A stretch of 64,000 nt of DNA from Prevotella sp. (GTDB taxonomy: Bacteria > Bacteroidota > Bacteroidia > Bacteroidales > Bacteroidaceae), in contig JAFVBX010000074.1 of the NCBI GenBank assembly GCA_017479675.1, positions 24,677 through 88,676 on the forward strand, given 5' to 3'. Within the stretch, counting starts at the first letter, position 1, and each line of letters starts with the position of its first letter. Of this stretch, positions 58,853 to 64,000 are shown in pieces. The translations under genes and the position numbers were made by a program. The notes under the pieces were generated by a model. The model did not search any database, was not told where the DNA came from, and worked only from the letters and a program-made list of their open reading frames with translations.

Positions 58853-60198
58853 AGCATTTCATCACAACGAGTCTGTTTATAGCAGCAGCCTTGACAATGC
58901 TGGCGCAAGACAAGATAAGCATCAGCGGTAACGACTGGCAATTCTTATATGCAAAAGATGGCAAGACGGCAGAAAGCGTAGCGCAAAAGGGATTTGGACG
59001 GTTGGATTTCGACGACAGCACATTCGAAAAGATAACCGTCCCCTCCAACTGGGCTGTGCTCGGTTATGAAGAGCCCGTATATCGCGGTTTTCCAAACGAT
59101 GAGGCAAGCGAGGGCTTTTATATAAAGCGTTTCAACCTGCCTAAGTATTTTCACGGAAAAAGGGTATTGCTCCATTTCGGAGGTGTATGGAATTCTGCCG
59201 AGGTGTGGCTTAACGGACACAGGCTGGGATTGCACGAGAGCGGCTACACGTCGTTCTCCTACAACGTGAGCGACTTCATCAAGGGTGACTCGGTGAATAC
59301 ACTTGCAGTACGTGTACGTCAGGTGTACCCAGGCTACAAGACTGATACCTATGACGACTGGACACTGGGTGGCATATACCGTGATGTGACCTTGGAGGCA
59401 ATGCCGCGCAAACAGTGGATAGACAACGTGAGAGTGCTGACCAGCTTCAATAATGACTACAGCGAGGCAGACGTCACGGTGCGTACCATTGTGGTCAACA
59501 CCACAAAGAACACGCTGCCAGGCAACTATCAGAGTCCAGGGCGCGACTATGTGCTACGTATCTCGCTGACAGACACGAAAGGACAATTGGCGGCACAAAA
59601 GGACGTGACGGTCAAAGGGCATGTATCTACAAGCCGCGACACAAAGACCGTGCTACACCTGAAGAACCCGATGAAGTGGACGGCCGAAACACCTAATCTA
59701 TATAAACTCAGTGTGGCGCTCTTAGGAGCCGACGGCAAACCGACGCATACTCACACAGAGAAAATAGGTGTGCGAGAGATTTCGACAAAAGACGGAGTGC
59801 TGCGCATCAACGGACAACCAGTGAAGCTGCGTGGCGTGAACCGTCACGACGAGCACCCAGACGTGGGGCGTGCCGTGGGGCACCAGCATTGGCTGCAAGA
59901 CCTGCAGCTGATGAAGTCTGCCAATATCAACTATGTGCGTGCCTGCCACTATCAGCATGCCAAGGATATGACAGGCACACATCAGGCACGATGGGCTGAC
60001 ATCGAGACAGCTAAAGGCACCAAGCCCCGCATTACTGTCAATGGCTATATCGACCGTGACAAGACGACATCAAAGGAATTGCGCCTGTTAAGCCAAGTGT
60101 TGGGACGTGCCGAGAAGGGACGTTTGAACGACGTCAACTACCGTGTAACACCCGACCAGACCTTCACTGGCAGAGTCATTGTATATCCCTCGAAATGA
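58849..60198 (+). pseudogene. GH2 glycosidase with a probable large in-frame internal deletion
   Basis: GH2 N-terminal domains and GVNRHD...NYVRACHY are followed by only ~75 aa; no WSxGNE acid/base motif. Confidence 0.75.
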
Positions 60199-60234
60199 CA
60201 TTTTGAAAAAGTAAATTTAGTTTTATAGAAAAAA

Positions 60235-61512
60235 ATGGAAAGAACATGGCGATGGTTTGGCAAGAAAGACAAGATTACGCTTGCCATGCTGAAACAACTT
60301 GGAGTAGAGGGCATCGTAACCGCCCTGTATGACGAACCCCTCGGCACTGTGTGGACACGTGAGAAGATTCGTGACCTGAAGGAGTACATAGAGAGTTACG
60401 GAATGAAGTGGAGTGTGGTGGAATCGCTGCCCGTCACTGAGACAATCAAATATGGCGGCGCAGATCGCGACCAGCAGATAGAAGTGTATAAAGAGTCACT
60501 TGCCAACCTCGGCAAGGAGGGCATACACTGCGTATGCTACAACTTCATGCCTGTGCTCGACTGGGCACGCACCGACATATATCATGACAACCCTAACGGT
60601 TCCACCAACCTCTATTTCGACTGGACGGCATTTGCCTACTTTGACATCTATCTGCTGAAGCGCGAGGGCGCCATGGAGGAGTGGAAAGCCATACAGGAGG
60701 GTAACGGCTCCAACGCATCGAAAGCCCTGCAAGGACGCAATCTCCTCGCCGAGGTTGAGGAATATCGCAAGCAGATGACGCCTGAGAAAGACTTCGAGCT
60801 CATAGATAACATCGTTATAAAGACACAGGGATTTGTGGCAGGCAATTTCAAGGAGGGTGACAACCAACCGCTCGTGTTGTTCCGTAAATTGCTGGCACTC
60901 TATGAGGGTGTTGACCAGCAGAAGCTTCGTGAGAACATGAAGTACTGGCTTGAAGCAATCATGCCTATATGCGATGAGTATGACATCGATATGTGTGTGC
61001 ACCCCGACGACCCTCCATTCCCCATCCTCGGAATGCCTCGCATAGTGAACAGCGATGCTGACATAGAATGGTTCCTCAATGCCGTACCTAACCCACACAA
61101 CGGTTTAACATTCTGTGCAGGAAGCCTGTCAGCAGGAGGGCATAACGACATCACTGCCCTTGCAAAGAAGTATCACTCACGTACTCATTTTGTACACATG
61201 CGCTCATGTCATATCTTTGATAACGGCAACTTTACCGAGGCAAGCCACCTCGGCGGCAGAGCAGACCTCGTTGAACTGGCACGTATTTTCGAGACAGAGG
61301 AGCGCGAGCGACAGAATACCAGTAAGCGACACTTCCGTCTGCCCATGCGAGTGGATCACGGCATGACGATGCTGGGCGACGAAAACCGTGGCTACAATGC
61401 AGGCTATTCGTTCCTCGGCAGGATGTTCGGACTGGCACAGGTGCAGGGCATACTTGCAGCTGTGGATAAGGAGTTAGGCATAAAATATCATCAACCAGGA
61501 TTCTTTGATTAA
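60235..61512 (+). CDS. uxuA: Mannonate dehydratase
   Basis: TWRWFG, WSVVES, CYNFMPVLDWART, HPDDPP and RVDHG motifs. Confidence 0.94.
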   Translation: MERTWRWFGKKDKITLAMLKQLGVEGIVTALYDEPLGTVWTREKIRDLKEYIESYGMKWSVVESLPVTETIKYGGADRDQQIEVYKESLANLGKEGIHCVCYNFMPVLDWARTDIYHDNPNGSTNLYFDWTAFAYFDIYLLKREGAMEEWKAIQEGNGSNASKALQGRNLLAEVEEYRKQMTPEKDFELIDNIVIKTQGFVAGNFKEGDNQPLVLFRKLLALYEGVDQQKLRENMKYWLEAIMPICDEYDIDMCVHPDDPPFPILGMPRIVNSDADIEWFLNAVPNPHNGLTFCAGSLSAGGHNDITALAKKYHSRTHFVHMRSCHIFDNGNFTEASHLGGRADLVELARIFETEERERQNTSKRHFRLPMRVDHGMTMLGDENRGYNAGYSFLGRMFGLAQVQGILAAVDKELGIKYHQPGFFD

Positions 61513-61522
61513 ATAAATAGAT

Positions 61523-62335
61523 ATGAACAACTTATTCAATATTAAGGACTACGTTGTAGTCATCACTGGCGGCACAGGCATTCTTGGTCGTTGCATAGCG
61601 AAATATCTTGCACTTGAAGGCGCAAAAGTGATAATCGGTGGTAGAAAAGAAGGCGTAGGCGAAGAGATAGTCAAGGACATCACCGCTGTTGGCGGTGTGT
61701 GTGAGTTTGTTAAGATGGATGTGATGAACACCGAGCAGATGCAGCAGGCATGCGAATACATCGTTGAGAAATATGGAAAAGTTGATACACTGCTCAATGC
61801 TGCAGGAGGCAATATGCCTGGTGCCACTATTGGTCCAGACCAAAATTTCTTCGACCTTGCACCAGACCAGTTCCAAACCGTTCTGAACCTCAACCTCACT
61901 GGCACCATTATCCCTACACAGGTATTCCTCAAGCCAATGGTCAATCAGGGTAAGGGTAGCATCATCAACTTCTCGTCAATGTCAGCCTTTCGCCCCATCA
62001 CTCGCGTATGTGGCTACAGCGCTGCTAAGGCAGGCATCAATAGCTTCACGGGGTGGATGGCTCAGGAGGCTGCTCGTAAGTTCGGTGAGGGCATACGTGT
62101 CAACGCTATTGCACCAGGCTTCTTCATAACGGAGCAGAATCGCTCCCTATTGACAAACCCAGACGGCAGCTACACAAAACGAGGCAATGATGTGATACGT
62201 CAGACACCATTTTCACGTATGGGTGAGCCAGATGAACTCTGTGGTACCATCCACTATCTCATGTCCGATGCTGCGAAGTTCGTCACTGGCACCGTAGCAG
62301 TAGTCGATGGCGGCTTCAACGTTACCTCTATGTAA
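61523..62335 (+). CDS. uxuB: SDR oxidoreductase, probable D-mannonate oxidoreductase
   Basis: TGGTGILG, NAAGGN, YSAAK and NAIAPGFF motifs; directly follows uxuA. Confidence 0.82.
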   Translation: MNNLFNIKDYVVVITGGTGILGRCIAKYLALEGAKVIIGGRKEGVGEEIVKDITAVGGVCEFVKMDVMNTEQMQQACEYIVEKYGKVDTLLNAAGGNMPGATIGPDQNFFDLAPDQFQTVLNLNLTGTIIPTQVFLKPMVNQGKGSIINFSSMSAFRPITRVCGYSAAKAGINSFTGWMAQEAARKFGEGIRVNAIAPGFFITEQNRSLLTNPDGSYTKRGNDVIRQTPFSRMGEPDELCGTIHYLMSDAAKFVTGTVAVVDGGFNVTSM

Positions 62336-62362
62336 TAATAAATGCAATTTATACACATCACT

Positions 62363-62397
62363 AATGAGGGGCATCGGTATTTCCGACACCCCTCATT
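62363..62397. terminator. Hairpin between convergent genes
   Basis: AATGAGGGG..TCGG-TATT-TCCGA..CCCCTCATT. Confidence 0.7.
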
Positions 62398-62427
62398 GCT
62401 ATGGTAATAACGATAGTTGGAATAACT

Positions 62428-62769
62428 TTACTTCACAACTTCCATATCCATAGAATAAGGCTGCTGGTCAGACACCTCATCCTTTGTCTCTGGATTTCCC
62501 GTAGCATTTGCTCCCTTTTGGGTAATGTTTATCTTTACCACATTACCATCCGTAGCCGTCACGGTCACTATGCCGCTTCGGCTTGTAGAGGCAGTATTCT
62601 CGCTTACCTCAACCATTATCTGGGAGTAAGCACTCGCTTCTACCGTTACGTTCATGCTGTATGTTGAAGGTCCGCTTGGCGTGCCGTCATCGGAGTCGCC
62701 ACCTCCGCCACATGAAGTGAGCAACATAGTACACATCATTGCTATTGCAAATAATATCTTTTCTTTCAT
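62428..62769 (-). CDS. Small lipoprotein with a partial BACON-like domain (possibly internally deleted)
   Basis: Lipobox LTSC; V.EN....RSG.VTV......I.ITQ half-BACON pattern. Confidence 0.6.
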   Translation of the reverse strand: MKEKILFAIAMMCTMLLTSCGGGGDSDDGTPSGPSTYSMNVTVEASAYSQIMVEVSENTASTSRSGIVTVTATDGNVVKINITQKGANATGNPETKDEVSDQQPYSMDMEVVK

Positions 62770-62785
62770 ATCGTTCCGTTGTTTT

Positions 62786-63395
62786 TTATTTGATTATTTT
62801 CTTACCGTTTCTTATTATCATGCCCTTGTATTCCTTGCTTACCCTCTGTCTTGAGGTGTTATACAACGCCTCGTCACTCTGCTCTATATTACTCTGCCCT
62901 ATGCCGTCTATAGCCGTAGCATCGTCGTCTATCAACAGTAGTGAGTTCAGGCTCTGTGCACTTGACTTAGGCAAAGCAAGCCAAGCCTTTCCTCCATCGA
63001 TAGAGAATGCGGCACCATTTGTTGCTCCCCAGTACCAACCAAACTTATTAGCGTTAGCGCTTCCAGATTTACCATACGTCAGTTTGTAGTAAACGTAGTT
63101 GGAGTTACCAGATGTGCTTATGCCATTAACGTTAGATGTCATAGTCTGCGCATCTCTGCCATGCAATAGGTTGTTTCCTGTATATGATGTACCTGAAGAG
63201 GAAGATGTAAGAGTGTATGTGCCGCTTGTTTTATTAGTGCTTACAAGTATCACTGGAACCCCCCCTTGGAATAACACCATTATTATTTGCGATGGTTTTA
63301 TACGTCAGTTTTCCAGAGCTACTTGCCGTGACAACTTGTGCAGATAAGCCTGATGGAAGAGTATAGGCAAAGTCTGAATCATAGTTTTCTATACC
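62786..63395 (-). pseudogene. 5'-truncated, frameshifted remnant of a T9SS-type surface protein
   Basis: Upstream frame DSDFAYTLPSGLSAQVVT...GVIPRG joins VPVILV if one base is removed from the 7-nt G run (C run on the plus strand, 63259-63265); ends in a YNTSRQRV...NGKKIIK tail. Confidence 0.72.
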
Positions 63396-63537
63396 CTAAA
63401 TTAGACAGTTGACTGATTTTCAATGTTTAAAATGTTAAATAAATATTGAAATCAAAGTGGAGATTGCTGTTATCCATCCTGACATACTCTGTATGTGGAA
63501 GAATAACTGGGAAAGAATATCAGCACATTTCACTAAA

Positions 63538-63651
63538 CGGAGAGTGCATTTTTGGAGAGTGGAGAGAGAAATGGAGAGGGGTTGTGAATTTGTAAAGCTC
63601 ACATTATCAAGGTGTTGGAGAGTGTAAAAAGCTAAATTCTCCAATTCTCCA
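63538..63651. repeat. Second TGGAGAG/TTCTCCA cluster
   Basis: TGGAGAG at 63553, 63560, 63572 and 63616; CGGAGAG at 63538; TTCTCCA at 63637 and 63645. Confidence 0.68.
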
Positions 63652-63731
63652 CACCATTTTGCAATGCGTATGGAAACAAATTGTGTAAATAGGGTGGGGG
63701 GAACTATCGAAATAGATTGTTTTAGGTTTTG

Positions 63732-63756
63732 TTATCGTTCGCAAATCGTTCGCAAA
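63732..63756 (+). repeat. Putative integrase arm-type site, (ATCGTTCGCAA)x2
   Basis: Identical to 4428-4452. Confidence 0.75.
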
Positions 63757-63784
63757 CAAAAAGAAAAAGCAGCTACAATCTCTT

Positions 63785-63850
63785 GTAACTGCTCTTTTTT
63801 CAGTGTGGTGCCAACGGGATTCGAACCAGTGACACACGGATTTTCAGTCC
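63785..63850 (-). repeat. att site overlapping the intact tRNA-Phe
   Basis: 66-bp identity with 4239-4304. Confidence 0.95.
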
Positions 63851-63878
63851 GATGCTCTACCAACTGAGCTATGGCACC
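63806..63878 (-). tRNA. tRNA-Phe (GAA)
   Basis: GGTGCCATAGCTCAGTTGGTAGAGCATCGGACTGAAAATCCGTGTGTCACTGGTTCGAATCCCGTTGGCACCA; 73-nt cloverleaf, CCA not encoded; -7 promoter at 63972-63979. Confidence 0.97.
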
Positions 63879-64000
63879 ATTTTCTGAATGTGTGGTGACA
63901 AACGCGTTCGCACGAAGCAAATAATGAGTGTCAGCGAAGCTGGCTCATGGTGCTTTCGCAATTTGCGAGTGCAAAATTACTATTTTTTTCTCATACTGCC

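Larger units (their letters stand above)
4239..63850. mobile_element. Integrative mobilisable element (~59.5 kb) in tRNA-Phe carrying an RG-I/rhamnose utilisation locus
   Basis: Identical 66-bp terminal direct repeats containing the tRNA 3' half; integrase next to the att; Xis-like, helicase, MobC and relaxase genes; no T4SS genes. Confidence 0.92.

Noticed and set aside
63259-63265. Phase-variable homopolymer switch
   Set aside because: The gene also lacks its 5' end, so restoring the frame would not give a secreted protein.

Overview
The window looks like Bacteroidales DNA, probably Prevotella-like (inferred from TAnnTTTG promoters, SusC/SusD, a hybrid two-component system (HTCS) and T9SS-type C-termini). 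Bases 1-4.2 kb are core genes: rpmH, efp, a GT2, radC, a DUF59/SufT protein and lpxH. Almost all the rest is one ~59.5 kb integrative mobilisable element in tRNA-Phe(GAA). It is bounded by an identical 66-bp direct repeat (4239-4304 and 63785-63850), with matching 25-bp arm-like repeats inside both ends. An ~8.5 kb backbone encodes a tyrosine integrase, RelE-type toxin-antitoxin (TA) pair, Xis-like HTH, helicase, MobC and relaxase with a candidate oriT, and a zeta-like TA pair; it has no T4SS. The ~49 kb cargo is a rhamnogalacturonan-I (RG-I) utilisation system: PL9, PL11, GH28, GH105, GH106, three GH2, CE12/CE6/CE4 esterases, SusC/D, an HTCS, rhamnose catabolism and uxuAB. The main unexplained signals are: (1) a conserved box 36-37 bp upstream of nine -7 promoters, one of which drives an ORF-less ~140-nt transcript whose anti-start-codon motif recurs in a second 3'UTR (candidate paralogous sRNAs); (2) a rha operon with an AraA/FucI-family isomerase in place of RhaA; (3) phased CTCTCCA iteron-like clusters near both ends of the element; (4) an unrecognised domain shared by two secreted proteins; (5) pervasive 7-bp tandem arrays. 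All calls come from reading the sequence by eye; no database searches were run.
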